DNA of 64,000 nucleotides from the human T2T-CHM13v2.0 reference genome, Homo sapiens. A program made the position numbers and the translations under genes. This document shows positions 39,700 through 58,967 of the stretch, piece after piece (the first letter of the stretch is position 1; each line of letters begins with the position of its first letter). The stretch lies in NCBI RefSeq assembly GCF_009914755.1, contig NC_060928.1. The stretch is one strand, 5' to 3'. The notes below the pieces were generated by a model. It was not told where the DNA came from. It searched no databases and was given only the letters and a program-made list of their open reading frames with translations.

Positions 39700-40450
39700 T
39701 TATACTGTTATATCTTTACTGGCAGTAGACCTTTAATTTTACATTTCTCATCCTGCTTTTATTTTCTAGCCCCTCTCCTTGCATTATTCCTTTTTAAAAC
39801 TTTGACTAGATTAGGATTACATATACAAAGAATATGTAAAGTCACATAAAGCTGTAAACCATCCAAAGAAGGATTTTGCTTATTTGCCTGCTTTTCAGAA
39901 ATTAGCATTACTACTCCAGCTTTCCTTTGATTTATATTTATTAGGTATATATTATCAATTATTTTATTTTCCATATTTCTGTGGAACATTATACATACAG
40001 CACATTGTTGGATTTTGTTCTCACGTCTTCAATTTAGTATCTTTGTCTTGTATTTGATTAGCTTAATCCATCTTCATTTATTTTAATTTCTAATTTTTTC
40101 CCATATCCTGGACTTCCTAATTCAATTCTAGAAAATTTTCTTGTGGTGTTTAACAGTTATGTAGGCCGATTTTATTATTGATTTCTTAACTTAAAAAATA
40201 CATATATAATCACTTCTATTTCTTAAATGCGTAAATGACTTTATCTTCCATAATATGAAAGGAACACATTAGTATACCACATTTATTTCGCCTTGTGTTC
40301 TCTTCACCTCCCATTGCATTACTAATGCCTGGAATATTACTTCTAGTACTATGAATTTTTCTTTTCTTTGTTTATTCATTTACTGTAGTATATCACATTT
40401 ATATAAAATGATTAGATTGCTGTATTAATACTGTGATTACAGAGGGCATT
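39700..40450 (-). mobile_element. Ancient L1ME-like fragment around the ORF2 endonuclease start
   Basis: Minus ORF 39759-39989 contains NQRKAGVVMLISEK, like the L1 endonuclease KKAGVAILISDK motif. Confidence 0.6.
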
Positions 40451-41232
40451 TATTTTGTTCAGTTAGTTGTATATCTTTTGGACTAAACTTCTGAGTACTA
40501 CTATTCTCAGGCACCTACTTCGTTTGGCCTGTGAGCTCATATTATCTGTGCAATATTGGCTTTTTGGTGTTGGAGAAAGACCAAAGGCCAGACCATAGTC
40601 ACTGTCAGTCTAGAGTAGTCCAAGGTGTATATATGTGGGAGTTAGGGCATAGGACATGGGCTTTCTAACAGAAAGTCCCACACACCACCAACCAGAGTTA
40701 TTACTTGATTTTACAATGACCAAGCAAGAAACGACTCTACTCAGAATTTCACTCCTAAATCCTTTGGGAAGAGAATGTAAGGAAAGGACAGTTTTACAAA
40801 GCTGTAATCTGTAAAGCTTGGAAACTGGATTTCAGAAGTAAAGGACTGAATGTCTCTGGCATGTCAGCCCCCACATACTTTCACCTCACCCAGAAAAACC
40901 CCTGCCAATATAAATATTCACAACTGTAGTTTGAGGAAAAGAAGATAGGCATTGATTGTCCAAAAACAAGGAGATGGGAGGGTGGGATGGCAAGAGGTAA
41001 AGGAGAATTTAAACTGTCCTTCCGATGCTGTCTCTGGCTTCTCTTTGCCCTAAGCTGTGGCCACCCATTCACTCTTCACACAGAAACATTTAAAATAGAC
41101 TTATTTCTGTTATTCTTCTTGTTAGATCTTGGATTCTGTCTTTCTCTCCTTATTTTGTTCTCAGCATTACTTTTACAAATATTAACCAGCAATCCATGCA
41201 AGTTGGACATCTTGTTGAACACCTGAATTCTT

Positions 41233-41275
41233 GTGTGTGTGTGTGTGTGTGCGTGTGTGTGTGTGTGTGGGGGGT
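41233..41275. repeat. (TG)n microsatellite
   Basis: Directly visible, one GC interruption. Confidence 0.95.
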
Positions 41276-42034
41276 GAATTTTTATCTCTATTCAATATGT
41301 GTTATTTATATAAATAATTTCTATTTAGCAGTCTATAATTTTTCCTGAAACTCATTTCCCGTGTTAAATTATTCACATATTTTCATTTTATGTTATTTTA
41401 TTGTTTTACATACACTGACTTTATAGCTAGATAATATTGTTGTAGAGTTGAAAATCTATGTTTAACTTACAATAAAAAAAGTTATCCATGTAAAATGAAA
41501 ATAGATGTTCTGAAATAGGGCCTTATAAATATTCCTTTGAAAGGACACTTCATGAAGTGTGAAAATGCCAAGCATCAGCTAATAAATCTTTGTGACAATT
41601 TCTGTTTAAATGCAATTTTTAAATAATGCACCAATTTAAAACGTAGAATAAATAACATAGTGAGACCAGAAATCTTATCCAAAATTGTATTCTGTTATGA
41701 ATACAATTGAATACTGCTAGATATTACTTACTTTATAGCTTAAGAAATCTCCATGCATTATTTTAATGGCTCAAACCACCCTATCACATTTTTTTAAACT
41801 AAAACAATACAGCAGTCAAAGGAAATAGTTGATCTATGTTTGATACTATGCACATACTTATTTACATGAAAGCATCAACATGAGCGCATGGCCCTGTGTT
41901 GAAAATGCCGAGGCAACAAATACTGTAAGACAACTAATACTTGTTTAAATTTCAGTTCTTTTTGTTGATTCTTTTTACTCCCCAAAACAACTTGTTTGTT
42001 CCGGGAAACATTGACTATATAGTCTATTAGCTGC

Positions 42035-42185
42035 ATCTCTCCCTATCCTCTCTCTACTCTGCCTCCCCTTTTTTGTCTTCTTCTCAACTTGCTTCTCCTG
42101 TTCATTTTTGCCTTATTCTTTCACCATTTCTTTCCTCCTCCTTCCTCACATTTTCTCCTCTTTTCCCTTCTCTTCTTCCTCCATT
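42035..42185. repeat. CT-rich low-complexity tract
   Basis: tctctccctatcctctctctactct...ttcccttctcttcttcctcc. Confidence 0.75.
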
Positions 42186-43339
42186 ATCAAGTAGTAATGG
42201 TACCATTTCTCATACTTACAAGTGCCAATGATGGTTCTACTCATCATTCACCAGACACTTTCCATGTGCTGGACACTGTGCTTAGCTTTTTACTATATGA
42301 GTGATTACAGTTGGCAGTGCTCGGAATTCAATGGGAAGTTCAATTTAATTGGCATGTGGTTTGATTAAAATTATGCTCTGACAGTTTTAAAATTAGATTA
42401 AAATAGACTAATTAATTTAGATTAATCAAGATAAATTTTAAAACTCTAAAATTATGTGTATACACTTTTAATAAAATATATAGCTTCTTAATGTATACTT
42501 TGTCCCTAGGTTGATTTAAACATGGAGCAAAATATAATGCTTCAGGTGTAAATATTTAAGACAGTTCAAAATGAAATAACACTAAAATGAAATTAAATTG
42601 CTCATAAATTTATTATATAAGATTGTTATTCTTTAAAATATCCTGGCTGTATTCTTTCTTTTGCATTAGGACACCAGCCAAAAACCATATGGCACATAAC
42701 ATCAGTAAATGTTATCATATAACAATAATATTTAAGGGTGCCTGAAAATGGTCCTCTTGGAGAAAATTAGTTAATAATATAAGCAGATGCAAAATTGCCT
42801 CTAGGTAGGCATATATTTTTATCAGCAAAATATTTGATGATTGGCTTCCAAGGATAAATTCACTATAATTAACTTCTGTATTAAAATTGTTTACAAGAGA
42901 TTGGTAACATTAGACAACTCAAACTGGGTTGTTCTCTGTAAGAATAAATGGAAGTCACAAGATTTGCCTTAAGCACCTCTTTCAAAAAGAATAAAAATAC
43001 AGAAAACCATTTGTACTGTAATTGCAGGAATCAAACTAGTTTTACTTTATAGATTCACAATGAAGTAAAATGTATAAAATCATTTACATTTTAAATACCA
43101 AGGATCAAGGTCCCTAGCCCAGTTGAAGAAGGTAGAGTAAACATAGTTGAGGCTTTGGGTGAAGTATAATAAAAAATAAACCTATGTTAGAGAGCTTATC
43201 AGAATCTTTGAACAGAAAGTTGTATATATTATATATATATTTCTCCCCTGGGGCTTACAGTGTCCTGGAGAGTAGTATATCATACAAATAGCCAGTGACC
43301 AGACCATGAAGAACCAAATGAATAATGCTAAAGTATTTC

Positions 43340-43840
43340 AAACATATGTTGAATTTATAAGGGACCAATGAAACATGATCTGATTTTATTTTAGAAAGGT
43401 GAGTTTAGCTGCAGTATGGAGCATATATTAAGTGATACAAAACTGGAAGAGAGAACACAGTTAAATGGTTACTGCAGTGATTCCGGAGGAAAAAATATGA
43501 AGGGCTATACTAAACACTGGTAGATAAAACAGAGAGGAAGGAACAGCTCTAAAAGTTATTTAGGAAAAAGAATTATTTGAACTTATAACCAGAAAAATGT
43601 GAGAAGCTAAGTATCCAGGATGACCCCTAGGGTCTATAACGGGAGATTCTTTGATAGCAGTGCCTTTCACTGGTACAAGGAATCTGCACGAAGAAAAAAT
43701 TAGAAGATGACGAAGTTTGTTTATTCTATGCTGATATTATGACATATCTAAGTGGGTATGCCTAGTAGGCAAACTGACATATGGGATGGGCATTGTTAAA
43801 AAGAAGTTGTATAGATTTTAGTAATAAAATGAGTGTAAGG
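43340..43840 (-). mobile_element. L2 relic
   Basis: catgatctgattttattttagaaagg...gctgcagtatggag; gacatatctaagtgggtatgcctagtaggcaaactg. Confidence 0.55.
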
Positions 43841-44609
43841 AGAGAGGTGATCTTTCATAATTTTGGTTCACCAAGTTTCAGCTTTCTACTATTATTCATA
43901 GTTCTAATTCAAGTCAATTATTCTTAAGTGACTGGCATCACGAATATTTTGGTAATATTCTGAAAATAATTATTTAAAATTAATGGTCGTGAAGGGAAAT
44001 TGGTATAATAGACAAATCAGATAAGGTAAAGTTAGTGTACATACAGCTGGTAATATTCATTTTCCCTTGCTAGTAAGCCAGTATGAACCTGAAATAACAT
44101 AGTATGTTTACTAATCTAGCCAATATTTTTAAATATAAATCCAATACTGGGAGCACTGGTGAAAAACTGGTACACACATTTTATTTCTAGTGACATTTTT
44201 GCTTGTTAACAATATTTTGGGACACAATTTAACAAATATTTAGAATGAGCCATGAAGATATTCTTAAAATACTATTTGATTAATTCTATTCTTACAATTT
44301 AACTTAAGGAATAACTGAAAGTAAAAATAGAGATATGCAAAAAATGTTTAATGTGGTTCAAAAATTAGTCTAAATATCTTCAAGATTTATCAAATAACAT
44401 AACAACAGCAAAATGCAATGGTACATAACCATTACAGATTCACATGTAAAGAAAGGAGAGTGAAATTAAAAGAATTTCTATGAGACATTGAATCTTACAA
44501 ATTTTTCCTTTTTTCTCTGAAAATTGTATTTCAATTGAATTTTGTTTTATATTTGGGGACCAATTACACTTTTTTTTACTCTAAATAATATATACATATA
44601 AAATCATAA

Positions 44610-50535
<5,926 letters not shown>

Positions 50536-51061
50536 GCACATTGACCATTCTCTAAAATTGACTACATTCTTGATCATAAACAGTGTCTCAATAAATTCAA
50601 AGAAATCAAAATCATATTGATATGGTTTGGCTGTGTCCCTCTCCAAATCTCAACTTGAATTGTATCTCCCAGAATTCCCATGTGTTGTTGGAGGGACCCA
50701 GGAGGAGGTCATCAAAACATGGTGACCAGCCTTTCCCATGCTATTCTCGTGGTAGTGAATAAGTTTCACAAGATCTGATGGGTTTATCAGGGGCTTCCAC
50801 TTTTGCATCTTCTTCATTTTCTCTTGCCACCACTATGTAAGGAGTGCCTTTCACCTCCTGCCATGATTCTGAGGCCTCCTCAGCCGTCTGGATCTGTAAG
50901 TCCAATTGAACCTCTTTTTCTTCCCAGTCTCGGGTATGTCTTTATCAGCAGCATGAAAACAGACTAATATACATATCAAGCAACTTCTCAGACCACAGTG
51001 CAATAAAATTAGAAATCAATACCAAAACCACCAAGTAAATGGAAAGTAAACACCTTCCTCC
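50536..51061 (+). mobile_element. Short sense-strand L1 endonuclease-region fragment split by THE1A
   Basis: cattctctaaaattgactacattcttgatcataaa...aaaatcatat [THE1] catatcaagcaacttctcagaccacagtgcaataaaattagaaatcaatacc. Confidence 0.85.
50618..50971 (+). mobile_element. THE1A-like MaLR solo LTR with perfect 5-bp TSD CATAT
   Basis: tgatatggtttggctgtgtccc...gggtttatcaggggcttccacttttgc...agactaatata; CATAT at 50613-50617 and 50972-50976. Confidence 0.95.
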
Positions 51062-51154
51062 ACTCAAGGCACATGGCTACTGCCAGAGCTTTCAGGCACC
51101 ACAATATGATTAGACTGTCATGGTTCATTGATTTTCAGGGAACAGATCTACTTC

Positions 51155-51327
51155 AATACAAAAATTAGCCAGATGCATTGGCAGGTGCCTGTAATCCCAG
51201 CTACTCAGGAGACTGAGGCAGGATAATCACTTGAACCCAGGGGTGGAGGTTTCAGTGAGCTAAGATCACACCACTGCACTCCAGCCTGGGTGACAGAGTG
51301 ATACTCTGTCTCAAAAAAAAAAAAAAA
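51155..51327 (+). mobile_element. 5'-truncated AluS (right monomer only)
   Basis: aatacaaaaattagccag...cctgtaatcccagctactcagg...ctctgtctc followed by poly-A. Confidence 0.92.
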
Positions 51328-52249
51328 TAGGTAAGACAGGTAAACATAGTAACCAACCTGAAAGTAGTAAACATAGACATACATGAATTTTTACCTTTTA
51401 TAGTTAAAATTTTACTATTGATTTTTAAATTCCTAATAATTTATTTAAATGAAAAATTAATAATTTTTTTTGACAGGAAACAAAACTGTACATGAAGTTG
51501 GCAACTTATGATTCTAACACCATTTACTGAGATCTTTTTATATGTTTATTTCTTTTGAATTGGTTTTGTTTCTTTGACTCTTGGTCTTGGTTTTATCTTT
51601 TCCTTGACTGGTTCTCTTTTGACTGTAATTGTCAGAAGGACAATTTGATTTATCTTAAACTAAACGGAAATTTATCAAAAGACCATGGGGATGACTCATC
51701 AAACAGGACTGAGAGCCAGTGCCAATACCAACTGTAATTAACAACACAATTGATACTTTCACTCTCTGCACTCATTTGTGCTGTTCTTTAATTTTGTCTT
51801 CTTTGCTTCCTGTTTTCTTTCTTTTTCTTTGTAGAAGCAAACCTCTGCTATTTCTCTGTTCTACTTGAGCATAAACTTAACCATTGTTTGCTCTCAAGCT
51901 TTTTTACTTTTGACTTAAGTACCACAAAAATATTAACTTATTTTCTTTTTATTCCTTATACCATAATTGCCAGAAAGGTTTCCTATTCTAGCTTGGAAAG
52001 AGGATCTGTTCCCTAAAAATCAATGAATCATGACAGTGTGATCATATTATAATGCCTGAATGCTCTGGCATTAGCCATGTGTCATGAGTGGAGGAAGGTA
52101 AAGTTCCCGGGAAAGTATGTATGTGTGACGGGAGCAATAAGGGGGGGCCTGGTCAGAAAAGTAGCATGTTTGCAACCATCTGAAACAACGAATGCATTCA
52201 TGTAAAGATTCCTTGTGTTCTTAGCCCAGATACTAGCAGTATTTATAGC

Positions 52250-53190
52250 TTTCATCAGCTAAACCCTGTTATATGATGTGTATCACTACATACCTGCTTG
52301 GATGTTTCACAGTTATCTCACTTTTCATTATGCTCAGTATCTCCCATTCACCCTTATTTTCAGTTCATCCTGCTTCTTCTTCGCCCATTCATCCCATCTC
52401 CAATTGAACCTGCTTCTCCTGAAGTGTTTCTCATATCAGGAATATCACCATCAACCAGCCTCCCATTTGCTCAGAACAGAAACTTGGGAGTTGTTCTTTA
52501 CTGTTCCCTTTTGCTAAACCTACCAATTACAATTAATTATTCACTTTTAAATCTAACTCTTATTTTGAGTCTGGAAAATAGATAGGACTCTATCCCTTTT
52601 GCAAAAAGCATTTCCTCTAGACAATTGCATTATCCTCTAAATTTCCTTTCTCCGATATCATCCCTACCTCTAATTTCTTCTGCATACAACAGACAGAATG
52701 ATGTTGGTTAAATACAATTGAATTGTGCTAGAAACACTTCTATGATTTCCCACTGATCTAAACATAAAATTGAGCATTTTGTAGAGCCTACAATTGTGCC
52801 AATATTCTCCTTGCTCACTACGTTCTAGTCACACCACACACACACACACACACACACATATATTAGTTTCTTAAGAAAAAATGCATATACTCCTCCCCCA
52901 CGCCTCTTGAACTTTATCCAGTTTTTCTTTCTGAAACAATCCCTTGCTTACTGCCTGGCTGTGTCCTTGTCCTATAACCTTAAATGTCATTTCTTCACTA
53001 AGGCCCACCATGAGTGTCAAATAGAAATGGCATCTTTATGTTATTCTTTCTCCTAACTTCCCTTTATATCACTTACCAAAATTTGTCGTTTTTTACCTGG
53101 TAAAACATTTGCTTATTGGAAGTCTATCTCTCCTTCGAAGTAGAAGCAGTGAAATAGCGAGAACAATGACCCTTTGCTTACAACTCTCTA
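52250..53190 (+). mobile_element. L2 relic, with (CA)n at about 52836-52858
   Basis: ttggatgtttcacagttatctcac; ctcagaacagaaacttgggagttgttcttt; aaatgtcatttcttcactaaggccc. Confidence 0.6.
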
Positions 53191-55989
53191 TGTCATGAGA
53201 GCATTGTGTGCTGCTCTCTATACATCCCACTCCTTTGCTCGGGGCCTGCGCCTCTTCTGCTAGCTGTATAGTGGAGTTGTGTCCTACTCAGGAGTTGGAC
53301 TCTAAAAGGGCTCACTGTGAACATTTAGCCAAAATGTCGCATAACTAGTTTTGTTTATAAATATAAATATGCAAAATAATACAATGTATATTTAAATATA
53401 CAATTTTATTTTAGTTCTAATTACACAGAGAGAAAAAGTGAGCACAGTTTAATTTGCATAATTAAATGTGCTATTACTGATGGCTGAATTAATAAATTAC
53501 AGATACTCATTAAATATTTGTTGGAATCAATTAAGTCCAGCTTTAAATGTCTTTGCTACCATTTCTATTTGAAAGATGAATAAACAGACATCTAAAGCAA
53601 CTGAGTAATTCCTCTAGTCACGTGTAATCTCTTTAGGTTTTCTGTCTTCTTATATTTTGCTATTCAGATAATACATATACGGATTTGACTTTATTTTTAA
53701 TTTTTGCTCATGACTATGCTGAAGGAAACTTGAAGGATAATGAATTTCATGGCACTCAGAATTTCTTGAGTTTGTCAGTGAAGTTTGGTCTGTGTATACA
53801 GTTTGTCTGGTGAAGTTTGATTCATGACATCAATTGTTTTCTAGCTGATCGTCAACCTGTAATACCATGCTGACTCTGCAAGTGTCTAGTGATCTTATTC
53901 TTGTCTCCCTTATGCTTGTGTTTCTGGAATGCTGTCATCAGCATATTACTGTTAATGAATGACTGTCTTGGAGACTTTTGTGTCACTTCACGGTTTACTA
54001 TAAGAATTTTTATACACATTGAAATTAAATCAATACCATAAAATAAAATGCTCACAATCTCCTAAAAAACCGAATATTTTCTTTAAAATAGGAATCTTAT
54101 TTTTAAACCATAGTGATTAAGTGGGCAGGGTATTATATCCTGATCTTCCTCAATAAAAATATCAAGCAAGTTAAAGCTGGAAAAATCTTTATCATATATT
54201 CAAGATCTCAGTCTCAATACTGTTGGCAGGTTTCTGTTTCTAGTGATGCAAGGGTTCTGGTTTTTTTTAATGAGAATAATTTTCAAGGTTGAATTAAGGA
54301 CTTATGGTTGTTGTATTAGTCAGTGCCATTTTAACTCTCCTAAATCTTCGCAATGCCTATATTCAAACCCTATTACTCCAAATTCATTGTGTGTGTGAAT
54401 GTATTTGTATGTGTGCGTGTGCACATCTTGAGGCTTAAAGGGGGGCAATAAATTGCAAAATAGAAAATTCAGACAAATTGAACTATAATGCAATGCTATC
54501 CTAACTTGTATTGGAATGCAGCCATATAAGCTTCTAGTACATTCTTCTCTGAACTGAAGTGACCTACTGGAGTTGCTGACATAAAGGGAAAATTGCAGAC
54601 CTTTACCACAGGGCAAGAGCCTATAAACTTATGCCTAGACAAGTTGAAACTTCATCCTGTAGACAGATCATGTCAATAAGAAGCAGAGTATGTTTCTTTA
54701 TCCCAAGGTCACCTACCAGTTTATAGATGAATAAAAGTGAGAGAGATGTAGAGCAGAAATTCCCTAATGCAAATATGGGCCAAGGGAATGGAGAGCCCCT
54801 GACAAATAGAATGTATCTGTTTACACCAGGATGCTGCTAGTGAGGGAATGTTTGGGACTTGATGTGTTGAAAAATTCTTCTGGACCTATTTCCTGTAGAA
54901 GATATGTCTGTATTCATCATTTTTTGGATGATGATTCAAAAAATCGTCATCCTTTGGATGAATCACCTCATTAATTTTCATTAATTTTCATCATTAATTG
55001 GATGAATCACCTCATTAATCTTTCACTCACAATGTAAAATTCAGGCAATAGTGAAAATGGAGTATATAAGATTCTTTTTTAATAAAAGAAATTCTAATCT
55101 GCGTATGAAAGTAAACATTTGTCATGTGATGTTACAGTATCAATTTCTCAGACGTATATTTGATTTTTACCCGTTGTTTAATATCCTCACTTTTCTCTTT
55201 GTACTGTTTTTTTTTCTTACTTTCTTTTGTCTTATCATAAAGTATCTTTGCAGACCAGAATTACTGGAATAAACCCTTAGTTCAGATTTCATTTCCAATC
55301 TTTCCCTACTTAAATTTATATATGATACAAATGCCAGAAATTTTGCTGGACTTGTCATGTCATCAATATTAACTTCCAATAGCAAATGTGTCTGCAAATG
55401 TCAAGTTCAAAAGCTGATCTCTGATGCCACTCCAGCCTTATGCATATTCTCTCATCCACCCAATTCTTCATTTTTTAAAAACAATAGAGTATCTAGAGTG
55501 TGCCTAAAAGTATATAAGGAAGTGTGGAGTCAATATGGTACTAAATAAACATGGTCCCTGCTCTAAGGAACTTAAATACTAGTGCAGAAGGCAGACCAAA
55601 CATAGGCAAACCACAAATAAAAGAAATAATTGTCAGTCAAAATGACATTTAGCAAAAAAGATATTAAGACAGAGAATCACTTGGAGATAAGAATCTACTT
55701 TAAAAAGAATATCTGTAAGGCAGTGGCACCTAATATGCAGAAGATTCCAGATGAAGGAATAGTAGGTTAAAACTTCCTCAAGTGGTGAAGATCTTGATCC
55801 ATTCAAGAAACTGAAAGAAAATGAGTGTGAGGAGAGTCATGTTTGCAAGTGAAAGAGTTGTGTTAATATGAGATGAAGGTGATAAAATAGATAAGGTGAT
55901 ATAAGGCAGGGGCTGGCTGTACATCATGGTAAAAAGTTTAATTTTTATTATATAAACCAGAATGCTGCAATAACAGTATAAAACAAGAA

Positions 55990-56235
55990 GCAAATGGTAG
56001 TCATGTGTGTAATTTAGTATGCTAAATATGTTATACTTAAATTAATATATCCAAAATCGTATGATTTTAAGATGCAATAAATATATAGTTATTCATGAAA
56101 TATTTTGTGAGTGAAACTTTTTTGTACTGATTCTTTTAAAATCCATTGTGTATTTGACACAAACATCTCAGTTTACAGCAGCTGCATTTCAGGTGCTCAT
56201 TTGTCACCTGTGCCTCATGACTACTCTATTGGAAT
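55990..56235. mobile_element. MER33/MER3-like hAT DNA transposon relic
   Basis: atatatccaaaat...aaatccattgtgtatttgacac...catttcaggtgctcatttgtcacctgtgcctcatgactactctattgga. Confidence 0.65.
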
Positions 56236-56367
56236 GGAAAACTGTTAGTGTGTTCAAGAAGGAGACTGATGTGATCCAAATTACATTTTCATGTTACTCT
56301 GCTATTATTTACAGAAACTATGTAGTGGAGAAGGTATGGATGAAGACAGGAAAATGAGTTAGGAGGC

Positions 56368-56837
56368 TGTATTAGTTTCCTGTGGCTTCCGTAACAAAGT
56401 ACCACAAACTGGCTGACTTAAAACAATTGAAATTTATTTTCTCAGAAGTCTTTCTTGAGACCATAAATCTGAAATCAAGATGTGGGCAGAGCCATATTTC
56501 CTCTGAGGGCTCTAGAAAAGGAGTCTTCTTGACCTCTTTTAGCTTCAAATGGTTGCTGGCAATTTTTGAAGTTGCTTGGCTTGTAGATGGATCTACACTT
56601 TCTAGTTTCTACCTCTGTCTTCACATGACCCTCTCTTCTGTGTGTCTGTGTAGCTGTGTCCAAATGTCCCTCTTCTTATAAAGAACACTTGTCTTATTTG
56701 ATTTGTGGCCAATCCTTATCAAGTATAATCTCTTTTTAATGTGATTATATCTGCAAAGGCCCTATTTCCAAGTAAAGTCACATTCACGGGCTCCAAGTAG
56801 ACATGAATTTTGGAGGTACACAGTTCCAGACAGTGCA
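56368..56837 (-). mobile_element. MaLR solo LTR, MLT1B/C-like, TSD GAGGC
   Basis: tgtattagtttcctgtggcttccgtaacaaagtaccacaaactggctgacttaaaaca; GAGGC at 56363-56367 and 56838-56842. Confidence 0.9.
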
Positions 56838-57385
56838 GAGGCCATTGGAATAAAAGGTGGTGGTGGCTTGTACACACCCAGCACACATCTATACTTCACT
56901 CCCCTCTGCACCCTAGGTAGTAGGCTGGGGTGGAGGCAGTAGATATAAAAAGAAGTGATTGTGAAATACATTTTAGAGATGTAATTAACTGATGTCTTGA
57001 ATGTGGAGGGGCAGAGCCAAAGCAATTTGGATGATATTTCCAATCAGAGTTTCTATCATGCCTTTCCTGATCAGTCACTAAATGCCCACTGTTTTTATCC
57101 TGGAAATTTGTGTTTCTAGCTTCTAAAGGATCTAACTCAAAGCCATCTCTTTTATGTCCCTCTTTACGAGGCCTTTCTTAATTAGCTTTACCTTATTGGT
57201 AAGAGTATTAAACTAGAAGAAATGGATTAGCCTGTCTTAAGTACTAAAGAAATCAAATATATATTTGTATAATCCATTATTAGTGAAACTTTGCCAGTGT
57301 TTAAATATACTGCAATGTACTCTTTGAAAAAATCTAGAAACTGGAAATTTTAGAATTGAAATAGAAATCATAATTCAACTCACAT

Positions 57386-57778
57386 TGTATTAGTTCATTT
57401 TCACACTGCTATAAAGAACTACCTGAGACTGGGTAATTTGTAAAGAATAGAGGTTTAATTGACTCACAGTACCACAGGCCCTAACAGGAAGCATGACTGG
57501 GAGTCCTCAGGAAACTTATGCTCATGATGGAAGGAGAAGGGGAAGTAAGCACCTTCTTCACATGGTGGCAGGAAAGACAGAGAGAGAGAAAGAGAGAGCA
57601 AAGTGGGAAGGGCCATCCTTTTAAACAACCACATCTCGTGAGAACTCACTATCAAGGGAACAGCAAGGGGGAAATCTGCCTCCATGATTTAATCATCTCC
57701 CACCAGGGCCCTCCCCTGATACAAAGAGATTGTAATTCACATGGGATTTGTGTGGGGACACAGAATCAAACCATATTA
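57386..57778 (-). mobile_element. MaLR solo LTR, MSTA-like
   Basis: tgtattagttcattttcacactgctataaagaactacctgagactgggtaattt...aaccatatta; near-TSD CACAT/CTCAT. Confidence 0.92.
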
Positions 57779-58967
57779 CTCATTAAAAACAAAAAGCAAA
57801 ACAAAACTACATATCCTTTACATCTAGAATATGACGCACAGTTATCTGGGTACAAGTATTCCTAATGATTTCAATCTCTAAATATACTAAGTTTTCCAAT
57901 TCATATTTTTTATCAGTCTGTCTCATTCATAAATGAAATCACCCAAGTTCTTAAATCTAGTCATATTTTTAGTTTGTACAATCTCTTATAGGTGTTCAAT
58001 TCCATAAATATAAAGTATACTGTTTAATTTTGTAAGCCCTATTATTTCTTGTAAAAATCACCTGCAATCTGCTCTCAGAGTGGTCACAGTGAAGGATGTC
58101 AGGCAGTTTTCTAGTTCAGGTAGCATAAGGCTGAATAAAAATAAATATGTTATCCAGATGTTGTATTATTGATTTACTGACATTCCTTCATTTCTGTTTG
58201 TGTTTAGAGTCTTGACCCATTTTTTAAACATACAAACCTGAAATAAGTTTCCTATCCCTTTGTCCTTTTCTGCAATTTTTTAAAACCTCACATTGCTTTT
58301 CCTGAGGTATGGGGACCCAAAAACTGAAAGCATCTCATTAACAGGCCAACTATTAACACTTGTGGGTCCCAGGCCAAGAATATGAATGAAGGCTCACAGA
58401 ATGTAAGTCTAAATATTGAAGTTATAAATAAAGCTTTAAAAACCATGGAATAAAATATGTTCTAACCTCTTATCTTGGAAAGTATACTTTGATAATTACT
58501 TAAAAAGCACATTCCAAATCCAGATTTCTTTGGACTTCCTGGCATTCTCTGCAGGAACTTAGCAACGTGGAGAGAGCCAGCCTGTGTTCTTATTTAATTC
58601 CAATATCCATTGTTAAATCTGGGTAATGATTGCATAAGAGTTCTTTTTATAAGTCTCCCTTTTTTTCAAGTTAGCAATTTTCTACAACAAAAAAATTATA
58701 TTAATAAAGTTTAGTGTCTCCTTGATAGCTCCCGAAAATTTTGTGTTCCATGAGAGGAGGTTTTATTTGCTTGGCTGTGTTTCTTGAAGATTCTACTGAT
58801 GTCTTCAGTGATATGCATGCCCCCATTAAAGGTGGGTGACAATGATCAATGTGATCTGTATAATGTTGCATTTTCATTCCTGAGCTCATCTTTGGCCTTG
58901 GCATCATTAAGCAATCCCTATGATTCTCTCTGTGTCTCTCTTGCTTTTGTTTTATTTAAATAATCTT

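Larger units (their letters stand above)
55490..57050 (-). mobile_element. L2 relic interrupted by MER33-like and MLT1C-like elements
   Basis: acatggtccctgctctaaggaactt; gagttaggaggc|...|gaggccattgg continuity across the LTR. Confidence 0.6.
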
